From assembly GCA_963675495.1 (NCBI GenBank), contig OY776215.1, positions 1,344,001 to 1,408,000 of the forward strand: a DNA stretch of 64,000 nucleotides. The letters are read 5' to 3'. The notes under the pieces are model-generated. The model saw only the letters and a list, made by a program, of their open reading frames with translations. It made no database searches and was not told the origin of the DNA. A program made the translations under genes and the position numbers. Positions 49,006-58,865 of the stretch are shown here, piece by piece. Source of the stretch: an uncultured Methanolobus sp. Lineage in GTDB: Archaea; Halobacteriota; Methanosarcinia; Methanosarcinales; Methanosarcinaceae. How positions within the stretch are numbered: the first letter of the stretch is position 1; each line of letters begins with the position of its first letter.

Positions 49006-49067
49006 CTAATAAAAGGATACTTATAGAAAATAGATTCAAAAAAGACAATACATTATAATGAAGCTTT
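49006..49067 (-). promoter_or_regulatory. Regulon promoter copy C: AAAGCTTC-N37-AAGTATCCTTTTATTAG
   Basis: Shared two-part signature. Confidence 0.62.
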
Positions 49068-49243
49068 TTTGCACAATTAAAATGAAATAAAATTGGTAAA
49101 TCAACCTTAAATACTTATCAGACACCAAATTATATTTTATTTCATCAAATAAACAAGATACCGGGTTCCAGAAATAACTATGTAAATACCACTTAAAAGT
49201 GAAATACATCTGGAAATCGTATGGTTGCTATAAAAGGAAAATA

Positions 49244-50140
49244 TCAATTGTCTTTCTCATCTACCAGAAAGAGGACATTTCCACGTCCCTTCTTAAATTT
49301 CTGGATCCTGCCCCTCTTTTCAAGGTCAAGGAGCATGAGACTGACCTTGCCTTCAGAGTACTTAAGACGCTTACGCATATCCTTTTGAGTCATTCTTCCA
49401 CCCTGTGATGTGAGAATATCAAGGATCTCCTGAAGATCTGCAGGCACCGGTTCATCAGAAGGAAGGGGAACCGATTCTTCTTTTGTTTTTCCCAGAGGGA
49501 TATTAACAGGTTCATTAACAACAGGTTCATCAACTGTTTCACTTACTGTTGTGCCAGCATCTTCTTCCGGCATCAATCCCTGTTCTTCTTCCACCTTTCC
49601 CCCAGTTACTTTTTCTGTAAGCACCGGAGTTACATGCAAAGATTCTTCTGTTTTTACTTTCTTTGATGGAAGAGACTTTTGTGGTTTCCGTTTGATCTGG
49701 TATACCAGAACAAGCAGAAGAATAATAACAACAAACACAGCTCCAACCAGAATTGAATTGCTCCGAGCCGTCGCTTCCGCACTACTTACAGTCTCTTCAC
49801 TGGAGCTGGAATATGAGGGCAAAAGCAGAAGATCTAAAACATAGCTTCCCTCATCTGAAACTATGATCGTGTCTTCAGCAGAGTAGGTAAGTCGATCATC
49901 TTCGTAATAGCTTGCAGTAATGTGATAAGTACCATTTGGTAATTCAAAGGAATAGACACCATACTTGGCCACCATTGACTGCGAAGGGGTCGAATTTACT
50001 TCGATTATTGCATTGTCAAGAGGCTCAAATGTGCTCCATTCATAGGCCACGCCATGTACAGTTGCAATACTTGAAGCTGCAGTAACGCCTGATAACAGCA
50101 AGATCATGGCAATACAAACGATACAGGATATTACTCTCAT
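49244..50140 (-). CDS. Membrane-anchored wHTH regulator (COG2512-like): signal peptide, extracellular beta-sandwich, TM, cytoplasmic wHTH
   Basis: MRVISCIVCIAMILLL..; carboxypeptidase-regulatory-like beta domain; TM ILVGAVFVVIILLLVLVY; GGRMTQKDMRKRLKYSEGKVSLMLLDLE..KKGRGN. Confidence 0.8.
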   Translation of the reverse strand: MRVISCIVCIAMILLLSGVTAASSIATVHGVAYEWSTFEPLDNAIIEVNSTPSQSMVAKYGVYSFELPNGTYHITASYYEDDRLTYSAEDTIIVSDEGSYVLDLLLLPSYSSSSEETVSSAEATARSNSILVGAVFVVIILLLVLVYQIKRKPQKSLPSKKVKTEESLHVTPVLTEKVTGGKVEEEQGLMPEEDAGTTVSETVDEPVVNEPVNIPLGKTKEESVPLPSDEPVPADLQEILDILTSQGGRMTQKDMRKRLKYSEGKVSLMLLDLEKRGRIQKFKKGRGNVLFLVDEKDN

Positions 50141-50162
50141 GTCACACAACCCGGTTTTTGTA

Positions 50163-51077
50163 TCAGTCACGCTCAAACATTTGCTTTTCCCAGAGATTTT
50201 CTTCTCTGTCGGGTGTACCATTTTCAAAATAATATGTACCGTTACCAATCAGCTCGGCTTCACCGACACCAGTTGCAAGCAGGCTTATTTTTTCAGCCAT
50301 TATCGCAACGGAGAAATCTGTGCCTGACAAGGACACATTGCCTTCTACCTCTACATATGAAACCGTTCTATATGGTTTAATGTACCCTGTAATTGTTTCT
50401 CTTTCCGGAAGAACTTCCTGATTGTAGTCTTTTTCAGAATCAATTAACATATCACCTGCAAAATCAATCACAGAGAATTTACCCCCGGAAACGAAAAAAC
50501 TTGTATCGAAGTCCCCGGACAAGATCACAATACCACTGCCTTCAGCTACCAGATTAGTATTATCATATATTTTCACAGGACCAGGAAGATATTCTTTCAT
50601 CTTAGCGAATATGGATTTAAGTTCTGAATTTGCACGAATGATACTTCCTCTTGATAGTTTTAAATATTTTTCTTCATCTGATTTTACGGAAGAAGTTTCA
50701 GCCTCAGCAAGATACATCTGGGCTTCGGATACAAGAGTAGCATATTTACCAGTCATCTGTTCCAGTTCCTGAACATCATTGCCTTCTTTTTTCAGACGCA
50801 TGGTTGCGTTATTAAGATTGATGACAATAGCCTCTGCCTTCTCAATATTGTCTTTGAGAACAAATTTTTCATCAACCGGAAAAGAAGGTGGAGGCAGGTG
50901 GATGAGTAACCTTTCCCCTGTTTGTAGCTCTTTTACATCAAAAGGAGGAGTGAACAATAGATCATACTGCTCATGCCTTTCATCAGGATATTGTTGCATA
51001 TCACCCGAATCCACAATGCCTGAAACAACAACAAGAAGCATTAGAAATATCAATAGTATCAGAGGCATCTTTTTCAT
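50163..51077 (-). CDS. Secreted/membrane-anchored protein of unknown function (helical + beta domains), paralog 1
   Basis: MKKMP + hydrophobic segment; LKKEGNDVQELE; GSGIVILSGD; paralog of 51367..52272. Confidence 0.7.
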   Translation of the reverse strand: MKKMPLILLIFLMLLVVVSGIVDSGDMQQYPDERHEQYDLLFTPPFDVKELQTGERLLIHLPPPSFPVDEKFVLKDNIEKAEAIVINLNNATMRLKKEGNDVQELEQMTGKYATLVSEAQMYLAEAETSSVKSDEEKYLKLSRGSIIRANSELKSIFAKMKEYLPGPVKIYDNTNLVAEGSGIVILSGDFDTSFFVSGGKFSVIDFAGDMLIDSEKDYNQEVLPERETITGYIKPYRTVSYVEVEGNVSLSGTDFSVAIMAEKISLLATGVGEAELIGNGTYYFENGTPDREENLWEKQMFERD

Positions 51078-51366
51078 TGACGATCACATCTTTGGGAATA
51101 CAAGCAACAAATCACTATATCCTGTTTCAGGACAGATAATTGATATTAAAGTGTTTTAAGCATAGTCTTCATTTAATATATTGCACACATATTTAAATGC
51201 ATGCTCTTGTTATAGGTAATGGAAAAGAAAACATTATTACAACCTTTCGATTTACTTAAATGATTTTAACCTTGGAATAATCTGATTTTGCTGAAAAATA
51301 TAATGATGCAAATTCAGGTTGCAAAACATGTAGCCTTAAGTTCACATTTCCACAATTAGCAATATC

Positions 51367-52272
51367 TCAATCAATACTGAATATAGGAGATACCCATATA
51401 CCTTCCTGTTCCATGCTGTTAGTATCCAGATAATAGGTCCCTTTACCACATAATTCAGAATCCCCTACGCCCTTTGCAAAAATACTTACATTGTCACCCA
51501 TAATGACCAAAGTAAGTGCTGAACCGGACAGAGACACATTGCCCTCTACATCCTTATATGAGAACATCATTTGTGGAGGTTTGGGATCATTGTATTGAAT
51601 TGCTTTTTCTGCGATTATTTCAGGGCTATACATACCTTCTGTATCAATATCCAGATCTCCTGCTAGGTCAACTACTGAAAAATTACCCATATGCAAACTA
51701 AATTCAATATCAAGATCACCTGACAAAATGACTATCCCACTGCCCTGAATGGTCAGTTTATCATTTTCGGATAGACTGGTTGGCTTTGGAAGATATGTTT
51801 GCATCTTATCGAAAATATCCTTTAGCTGCGAATTTGCAAGAATAATCTTATCTTTTGACAAACTGAGGTATTTCTGCCTATCTAAAGATGATGAAGAAGC
51901 ATCAGCCTTTTCAAGATTGTTTTTTGCCTCGGACACTAACAAACCGTAATTATCAACCATTTCTTCAAGTTCCTGAACATCATTTCCTTTTTCTTTCAAC
52001 TCAAGAATTGCACCTTCCAGCCGTCCTACCATTTCATCAGATTTTTTGATATTATCTGCAAAAATAATATTTTCATCTCTTGGAGCTTTCCTATTGCCAG
52101 ATTCAAAGAAAAATCCTTCATCTGATAATTCATTGCTGATAAAAGCAGGATGTGTGGACAATTGATCATGATTCTCCTCACGAACATCAGAGAAACTGCT
52201 GGATTCAACAAAACCAGATATCAATACAATGAATATGAGGAACATTATCATGGCAATTGGCATCTTTTTCAT
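51367..52272 (-). CDS. Secreted/membrane-anchored protein of unknown function, paralog 2
   Basis: Same layout: LKEKGNDVQELE, GSGIVILSGD, VEGNVSLSG, GKGTYY. Confidence 0.7.
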   Translation of the reverse strand: MKKMPIAMIMFLIFIVLISGFVESSSFSDVREENHDQLSTHPAFISNELSDEGFFFESGNRKAPRDENIIFADNIKKSDEMVGRLEGAILELKEKGNDVQELEEMVDNYGLLVSEAKNNLEKADASSSSLDRQKYLSLSKDKIILANSQLKDIFDKMQTYLPKPTSLSENDKLTIQGSGIVILSGDLDIEFSLHMGNFSVVDLAGDLDIDTEGMYSPEIIAEKAIQYNDPKPPQMMFSYKDVEGNVSLSGSALTLVIMGDNVSIFAKGVGDSELCGKGTYYLDTNSMEQEGIWVSPIFSID

Positions 52273-52381
52273 TGAATATCACACCTCACTCAAATGTTCC
52301 CATGTAATTCCATTTATTACTATGAATGAACTTATTAAAATAAATCTTAACGTTTTTTTCATATGCACAGAAAAGAGAGAT

Positions 52382-52446
52382 TTAAATATAAACATACTTT
52401 AGCTGGGAGATATGTTTTGAAATAAACAAAGTAATTTATTAGCTTT
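52382..52446 (-). promoter_or_regulatory. Regulon promoter copy E: AAAGCTAA-N39-AAGTATGTTTATATTTAA
   Basis: Upstream of the 52272 gene; core almost identical to copy D. Confidence 0.55.
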
Positions 52447-52892
52447 TAAAACTTTATGAAGCTTTTTAAGGATATGGAACACCAAATAATACTCTAATAA
52501 TAATATAAAAAGCTAAATTACTTATTATAAGAGTTTTTTGAGGATTTAAGTGCACAATTAGAAGTCTAAGAATAGCGCTGTTTTTAACCAAATTCAACAA
52601 ATTGAACATAAAGTTTCCGTAGATGACAACCTGGATGGTTTTGTCCTGTGAATTTTTGTTTGATAAGCGGGTGGATCAGACAATCCAATTTAATGATAAT
52701 TTAGAATAAATTCCAGATTGACCACTTATTTTGCTTTGTAACTATTCTGGCAGTTTACTAGCGAAATCATAGAATTATAAGTGAAACTTGGTTTGCAGGA
52801 TACTGAAAACTTCATGGCATAGAATCATTACAAAGATATAAAATTACTCATTTAAGCTTTTAGAAGATTGCAAAGCTAGATAAACCTTTATT

Positions 52893-52956
52893 AAAGCTTT
52901 ATTTTTAGTATTAAAGTTATTATTCAACTTTTTTTGCCAAGTATGCTTATATTTAA
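52893..52956 (+). promoter_or_regulatory. Regulon promoter copy D: AAAGCTTT-N38-AAGTATGCTTATATTTAA
   Basis: Upstream of the 53041 gene; aligns with copy A including the AGTTATT spacer motif. Confidence 0.65.
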
Positions 52957-53040
52957 GTCTGATAATCTTGGAAATGTCAGAAAAGCACTGCTAATGACAT
53001 GGCACTGAATCTGACAAACAGAAAGAATGGAGAAAAAAGA

Positions 53041-53907
53041 ATGAAACATAAATTAATGAAAACATTGGCCTGTCTTTCATTAGTACTTATGGTGTTTAGT
53101 GCTATGGCACCTGGCGCCTTTGCTGATGAAACAGGGACAGCAAGTGATGCAGATAAATTCAGCGAACATAATAAAATTAAGGATGGTCAGCGTGGCGGTC
53201 CGGGAATGGACAGAGGAGAAGCTGGAGAAGCAATGGAATTTGACAGTGATAAAGAAGAACTTGAATTCGTTGTTGAAAAGACAACTGAATCTATTAACAA
53301 CAGGATCGAAAGACTGAACGAAATGCTTGAGAACATTGATGAGATCGACAATGAAGATATCACCGAGGAATCAATTGAAGAGCAGACCACAGAACTTGAA
53401 GCACTTCTGGAAGACATTGAAGATACAGAAACACTGGACGACTTCAAGGCAATAATGGAAGAAGCACGTGACTCCATGATGGAAAACAGACCTGAAAAGG
53501 GCGAGAGACCAGCCATGGAAATGATGGAAAACAAGCCAGAGAAGGGCGAGAGACCAGCCATGGAAGAGATGGAATTCGAGTCAGATAAAGAGGAAATGGA
53601 TTTCATTGTAGAAAAAGCAACTGAACATATTAACAACAATATCGCAAGACTGAATGGAATGCTCGAGAACATCGATGAGATCGATAACGAGAACATAACC
53701 GAAGAATCAATTGAAGAGCAGACCACAGAACTTGAAGCACTCCTGGAAGACATTGAAGATGCAGAAACACTGGATGATCTCAAGGAGATAATGGAAGAAT
53801 CCAGGGAAACCAACTCTCAACCACATGGACAGGGAGAAGCACAGAGAGAAGGACACGAACCAATGGCCCATGCTCACGGACTAAGTGAAGAGGTAACTGA
53901 AGAGTAA
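53041..53907 (+). CDS. Secreted, very acidic helical protein with a duplicated ~85-aa domain
   Basis: Signal peptide ending AFA; MEFxSDKEE..ITEESIEEQTTELEALLEDIED twice; ENxPEKGERPAME twice; His-rich tail. Confidence 0.75.
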   Translation: MKHKLMKTLACLSLVLMVFSAMAPGAFADETGTASDADKFSEHNKIKDGQRGGPGMDRGEAGEAMEFDSDKEELEFVVEKTTESINNRIERLNEMLENIDEIDNEDITEESIEEQTTELEALLEDIEDTETLDDFKAIMEEARDSMMENRPEKGERPAMEMMENKPEKGERPAMEEMEFESDKEEMDFIVEKATEHINNNIARLNGMLENIDEIDNENITEESIEEQTTELEALLEDIEDAETLDDLKEIMEESRETNSQPHGQGEAQREGHEPMAHAHGLSEEVTEE

Positions 53908-54013
53908 GAACAAAGGAACAATTTGTAAAATAGTCATTACCACCAAGCCATGAGATAGGATATCCCTATCTCATAAATTTTAATTGATTACTAAGAATTT
54001 AAGGAGTTTTATC

Positions 54014-54640
54014 ATGAAAAGAAAACTAACAATATCATTTGCTCTGCTAATGGTGCTATTTGGCACTGTAATTCCGGGAGTTTACGCTATGGACGATAAC
54101 GGGAACAGGGAAATGCCGGAAATGGACGCTGCACAAATGCAAGAAATGACACTTGAGATGTTGGAGAACAGTATAGATTCACTGACAGAACTTCAGTCAG
54201 AACTTGAAGACGAAGACCTTCTGGATTCTGTGGACAGCCTTCTGGAAGAAATGGAAACAATAAAAATAGAACTTGAAGCTACAGATGATGAAGAAGAGAT
54301 AGCATCCATAATGGAAGAGTTCAGAACTTCAATGGAAGATGTTCCTGATGAGATACGAGAGGCTCTCATACAGGATAGTTCAATGGGAGAAAAAGGAAAC
54401 ATGAAGGAAGGCGACAGGAACATGCAGGCTCAGGAAGGTGAAGGTCCGGAAAACGGAGTTATGGAAAAAGAAACTGCGATGAATGACGAAGACTCAACAG
54501 ACAGACCTGTTAGTGATGAAACACCTGCGGATAAGCCTGACAATGATGATGCAAGTGAAAAAAGCAGTTCAATCACCACATCAGATAAAAACACCGGACT
54601 GCTCAACAGCCTTATTAACGCTATAAAGTCATTATTCTGA
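54014..54640 (+). CDS. Secreted acidic Met/Glu-rich protein with an amphipathic C-terminal helix
   Basis: Signal peptide ending VYA; C-terminus GLLNSLINAIKSLF. Confidence 0.7.
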   Translation: MKRKLTISFALLMVLFGTVIPGVYAMDDNGNREMPEMDAAQMQEMTLEMLENSIDSLTELQSELEDEDLLDSVDSLLEEMETIKIELEATDDEEEIASIMEEFRTSMEDVPDEIREALIQDSSMGEKGNMKEGDRNMQAQEGEGPENGVMEKETAMNDEDSTDRPVSDETPADKPDNDDASEKSSSITTSDKNTGLLNSLINAIKSLF

Positions 54641-54903
54641 TACAATAACCATTATCTAATTATTGGTTTGCCTGAAACCATTCTAATATTATCCTGATAT
54701 CATCCTTTCAGGTAAATCATTTTTAATTACCCGACTTTTTTTGGCGGTAGCAAATAAATACAGCTAGCGCTATAATACAAAGGATTTATTATATATACCA
54801 TGATAATGATTAACACAGTCAAATGATCCCTATATGAGGATACCAAAAACGTTAACAAATAATAAAATATGATTACATTCCCGACCAAAGCAGGAGAAAC
54901 TTC

Positions 54904-55623
54904 ATGAAGATCGCAATACTTGGAGGCACAGGCAAAATAGGCAAAGGCTTTGCGCTTCGTTGGGGCCAGAAACACGAAATAATCATAGGCTCCAGGGAAA
55001 TAGAAAAAGCCGAAACTGTCGCTGCAGAATACAATGAAGTACTTGGCAAGTTAGGCCACACTGCACGCATAACAGGTACTGATAACAAAACAGCTGCCGA
55101 AAATGCAGAACTGATTGTTGTAGCCATCAGGTACAATCAGCTTAGCCCTGTCATGGAACTGATACGCCCAGTCATAGAGAACAAAATAATTGTCAGTGTA
55201 GTCGTTCCAATGGAAAAGAACATGTGCTACATTGATTCCGGTTCTGAACACCTGACAGTTCCTATAAATAGCGATGAATTCAACACCGAATACTTCTGTT
55301 TTTCAATGCCTGAAGCCGGAAGCGCTGCCCAGGAAATACAAATGATGCTACCTGATAGTACAGACCTTGTGGCTGCTTTCCATACTGTACCTGCAAAGAA
55401 ACTGGCAGACCTTGAGATGGAACTTGACTATGACATCGGTGTTTGCGGAAATTCCATGCATTCTAAAAATATAGTATTCGACCTTGTGAGAGATATATCC
55501 AACATGAGACCTCTTGACATTGGGCCACTTGAAACTGCAGGAATGATCGAATCCCTCACACCTTTATTGATCAATGTTGCAGCAAGGAATGAAATGAAGG
55601 ATATCAGTCTGAAATTTGTTTGA
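54904..55623 (+). CDS. npdG: F420H2:NADP+ oxidoreductase
   Basis: MKIAILGGTGKIGKG, IIGSR, GSAAQ, AAFHTVPA, IESLTPLLIN. Confidence 0.85.
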   Translation: MKIAILGGTGKIGKGFALRWGQKHEIIIGSREIEKAETVAAEYNEVLGKLGHTARITGTDNKTAAENAELIVVAIRYNQLSPVMELIRPVIENKIIVSVVVPMEKNMCYIDSGSEHLTVPINSDEFNTEYFCFSMPEAGSAAQEIQMMLPDSTDLVAAFHTVPAKKLADLEMELDYDIGVCGNSMHSKNIVFDLVRDISNMRPLDIGPLETAGMIESLTPLLINVAARNEMKDISLKFV

Positions 55624-55778
55624 ACTTTGTAATTGCATTCTTACTTTTTTTATTTTTTTGTTGTTTTTGAACTTTATACATCATTTTCATGGCAATCTAT
55701 AATTGCATGGAGTTAGATAACCAGAAATAATTTTGCATTGCATGTGCAGAATATAGAGGAAGAATAGCAGGCGATTTA

Positions 55779-57107
55779 ATGATAATTGAAAATAAGGAAG
55801 ACGTTATCAAAGCCATCGAGACTAACAACGTAAAGTTCATACGTTTGCAGTTTACGGATATACAGGGAGTAGTCAAGGATGTTGAGATCCCTGTGACACA
55901 GATCGAAAAGGCTTTGACCATAGGAATATCCTTTGATGGATCATCCATAGAAGGTTTTGTAAGGATCGATGAATCGGACATGGTGTTAAAACCAGATATC
56001 AAAACCTTTGCTATCCTCCCCTGGAGCAAGGATAAAGGTGTGGTTGCAAGATTTATATGTGATATTCACCTGCCAAACGGAGAACAGTTCGAAGCTGACC
56101 CTCGTTACGTCCTTAAAAAGGTCATGAAGGAAGCTGAAGATATGGGATATACCCTGAACGTGGGCCCTGAACTGGAGTTTTTCCTTTTCGAAAAGAAGGA
56201 TGGAAAGGCAACTACAATACCCCATGATTACGGAAGGTATTTTGAATTTGCACCTACAGACCTTGCTGAAGACATCAGAAGGGATATAGTCCTTACTCTC
56301 ACTGAACTCAACTTCGACATAGAAGCATCACATCACGAGGTCGCTTTTGGACAACACGAAATTGATTTCAAATATGGTAATGCACTGACAACAGCTGACA
56401 ACGTAATGACATTCAAATATGTCACAAGAACCATTGCAAAACTGCACGGTCTCCATGCAACTTTCATGCCAAAACCTATTGCTGTTGAGAATGGATCAGG
56501 CATGCATGTGAATCTTTCACTTTCCCAGGGAGAAGAGAACGCATTTTATGACCCTAAAGGTGAAATGGAAATCAGTGATACCTCAAAGCAATTCATTGCA
56601 GGTGTCCTGAAACACGTCAAAGCCATAACCTGCATTGCAAACCCACTTGTAAACTCATACAAGCGACTTATTCCAGGATATGAAGCACCGGTGTATATCA
56701 CATGGTCAGGCGCAAACCGAAGCTCACTCATACGCATACCTTCTGCCAGAGGAAAGGGCACAAGGGTAGAGCTCAGAAGTCCGGACCCATCATGTAACCC
56801 ATACCTGACGTTTGCAGCTATACTTGCTGCCGGCCTGGACGGGATAAAGAATAATATGAGTCCGGGAAATATGATGGAAAACAATGTATTTGACCTGACA
56901 ATGCAGGAGCTTGCAGAGGGAGGAATTGAAACACTTCCATCGACTATTAATGAAAGTGCCAACTATCTTGAAAGCGATGAAGTCCTTAAAGAAGCTCTTG
57001 GAGAACACGTCCACAATAATATACTGAGAATCGCAAGGGCAGAGTGGGATGCATACAGGACACAGGTCCACGACTGGGAAATACAGCGTTACCTGAATAC
57101 TATCTGA
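55779..57107 (+). CDS. glnA: Glutamine synthetase type I (second paralog)
   Basis: FDGSSIEGF, SHHEVAFGQHEI, ATFMPKP, NGSGMH, NSYKRLIPGYEAP, RVELRSPDPSCNPY. Confidence 0.93.
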   Translation: MIIENKEDVIKAIETNNVKFIRLQFTDIQGVVKDVEIPVTQIEKALTIGISFDGSSIEGFVRIDESDMVLKPDIKTFAILPWSKDKGVVARFICDIHLPNGEQFEADPRYVLKKVMKEAEDMGYTLNVGPELEFFLFEKKDGKATTIPHDYGRYFEFAPTDLAEDIRRDIVLTLTELNFDIEASHHEVAFGQHEIDFKYGNALTTADNVMTFKYVTRTIAKLHGLHATFMPKPIAVENGSGMHVNLSLSQGEENAFYDPKGEMEISDTSKQFIAGVLKHVKAITCIANPLVNSYKRLIPGYEAPVYITWSGANRSSLIRIPSARGKGTRVELRSPDPSCNPYLTFAAILAAGLDGIKNNMSPGNMMENNVFDLTMQELAEGGIETLPSTINESANYLESDEVLKEALGEHVHNNILRIARAEWDAYRTQVHDWEIQRYLNTI

Positions 57108-57110
57108 AGC

Positions 57111-57614
57111 ATGGATCAGGCATATTATATTAAGGAAACAAGAAAAGCAGATTATCTGCAAGTCAAAAGATTCATTGAACTTGTAGATAATGATTTTTAC
57201 CCTCCCCTGAGTAAAAGGGGAGGTGGCATTCCTGAAAGAGTAGACGGTGATCTGGACACGCGTGAAGCAAATTTCCTTGTTGCCAGATTAAAAGAAAGTG
57301 ATCCGCATGATACCCTTAAAGGATTTGTAGGAATGGTGGGTTGCACAAGGAACTGGAAGAGTGACGACAGCGCTTACATCAATTTTCTTGCAACACACCC
57401 AAACCACAGAAACCATGGAATTAGCAAAGCTCTCTGCCTGAAACTGGAAGATGTTCTGGCGAAAGAGGGTATCAAAAAGATATATCTTTGCACCTGGTCA
57501 AGCAATCCAGCTGCGATGAAATTCTATGATAAACTTGGATATTGTGCATATTCAGTCATTCTCAATGACAGGGGAAAGGGAATAGATACAATATATTACA
57601 AGAAGAAAATCTAG
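57111..57614 (+). CDS. GNAT family N-acetyltransferase
   Basis: YINFLATHPNHRNHGIS, TWSSNPAAMKFYDKLGY; 3 nt after the glnA stop. Confidence 0.85.
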   Translation: MDQAYYIKETRKADYLQVKRFIELVDNDFYPPLSKRGGGIPERVDGDLDTREANFLVARLKESDPHDTLKGFVGMVGCTRNWKSDDSAYINFLATHPNHRNHGISKALCLKLEDVLAKEGIKKIYLCTWSSNPAAMKFYDKLGYCAYSVILNDRGKGIDTIYYKKKI

Positions 57615-57837
57615 TATCACATTATCCAAAACAATAATATACGATAAGATTCTCGATAAGATTGTCTTTTCCTTAAAATTTGCTATCATTGCGTGAAGCT
57701 TTGTAGGATATTTCATCCTCAAAGATTTTGACCGCATTGATTGAAAAAAGACAGGACACGAGTGCCTATTGCATGGTTAGGAAGAATAGAGGAAGTGGTA
57801 GGCACCGTGTCCATAAACGTGATATTTCGTTTTTTGG

Positions 57838-58860
57838 TTACTCCTCTGGCATTCGTTCAAGCTTCTTTGTAGAGAGCTTTTCAACCAATTCCAGATTTAC
57901 ATCATTTGTAAGTGAAAGTTTACCATTTCTTACTGCACTGTCAACAAACTGTTTTCCAACAGGGTCGCGTATTATCAGGGTCGTGTATCCCTTTGCGCTC
58001 CCAATGGAACCTGCTGATACGTCTGCATCCACAGCTGTGAGATCTGTGCATATATGACATCCCGGACGTACACAATCCTCTACATCTTTCAATGGGATGA
58101 TCGTCATGTTCCCGTCCTTCAGTGTGATCTCAAGCTTACCTTTTACATCAAAGTGTATGATGTCAAGAGGATCGATATGGCGTTCTGCAATAAGTTTATC
58201 CTGTACAAGTTTCTCGTAGTCGAAAGTTTCCGTACAGAAAAGTCCCACTACAAGACGGATGTTCTTTCTGAACGGACGCAGAAGGTCAAGCTCACTTGTT
58301 CGCATCTGTTTCATTGCCTGGGTGACACATGGAACACCTACAACTGCGATGTTGGTGAACTTGCGTGTCATGACAGCTTCCTTAAGTGAGGCCACAAGAG
58401 GAACCCACCAATTGTAACGGCTTCCTGCCTGGTGAACAAGCACTTCGGAAGAAGTGATCACAGCAGATGATGGCCTGAGTGTCCAGGGGTCTTCTACAAC
58501 GGTAACCACTGCATCGATCATGCCCTCATCAAGGGCATTGGTAAGTATTGCTGTCACAGCACCACCACTCTGCTTTCTTGGAACATTCATATCTGCTTTT
58601 GCAGTTACGATCTCAATGTACTCTCCAAGAACCTCAGACGATGGTTTTTCATTTCGCGGGCATACTTCATAGCATGCACCACAGGGAACACCGTCATCTA
58701 CATCCTTACAGTAGCCACTGTTGAGAGGATGAGTGGAGTCTTCACCTAATTCAAAGTAAATAGCATCTGCCGGACATACAGCTACGCATGCACCACATGC
58801 TGCGCATTTTCCTGTATCCCAGACATCTGCCTTAAGATCAAGATAATTTTTACCTGCCAT
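57838..58860 (-). CDS. FrhB/FdhB-family F420-binding subunit with ferredoxin domain (glutamate synthase-associated)
   Basis: CAACGACVAVCP, CGACYEVCP, QSGGAVTAIL, VGVPC, GLFCTETF, GCHICTD. Confidence 0.85.
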   Translation of the reverse strand: MAGKNYLDLKADVWDTGKCAACGACVAVCPADAIYFELGEDSTHPLNSGYCKDVDDGVPCGACYEVCPRNEKPSSEVLGEYIEIVTAKADMNVPRKQSGGAVTAILTNALDEGMIDAVVTVVEDPWTLRPSSAVITSSEVLVHQAGSRYNWWVPLVASLKEAVMTRKFTNIAVVGVPCVTQAMKQMRTSELDLLRPFRKNIRLVVGLFCTETFDYEKLVQDKLIAERHIDPLDIIHFDVKGKLEITLKDGNMTIIPLKDVEDCVRPGCHICTDLTAVDADVSAGSIGSAKGYTTLIIRDPVGKQFVDSAVRNGKLSLTNDVNLELVEKLSTKKLERMPEE

Positions 58861-58865
58861 TATGA

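Noticed and set aside
53187-53813. Long Ser-rich antisense ORFs (also 36848..37378, 39651..40208, 8159..8764 and others)
   Set aside because: Shadow frames of well-supported genes on the opposite strand.
57111-57614. Pyrrolysine read-through at TAG stops (here, and at 27303)
   Set aside because: Both proteins look complete at the TAG and no coding-like continuation follows; the response-regulator stop is TAA, not TAG.
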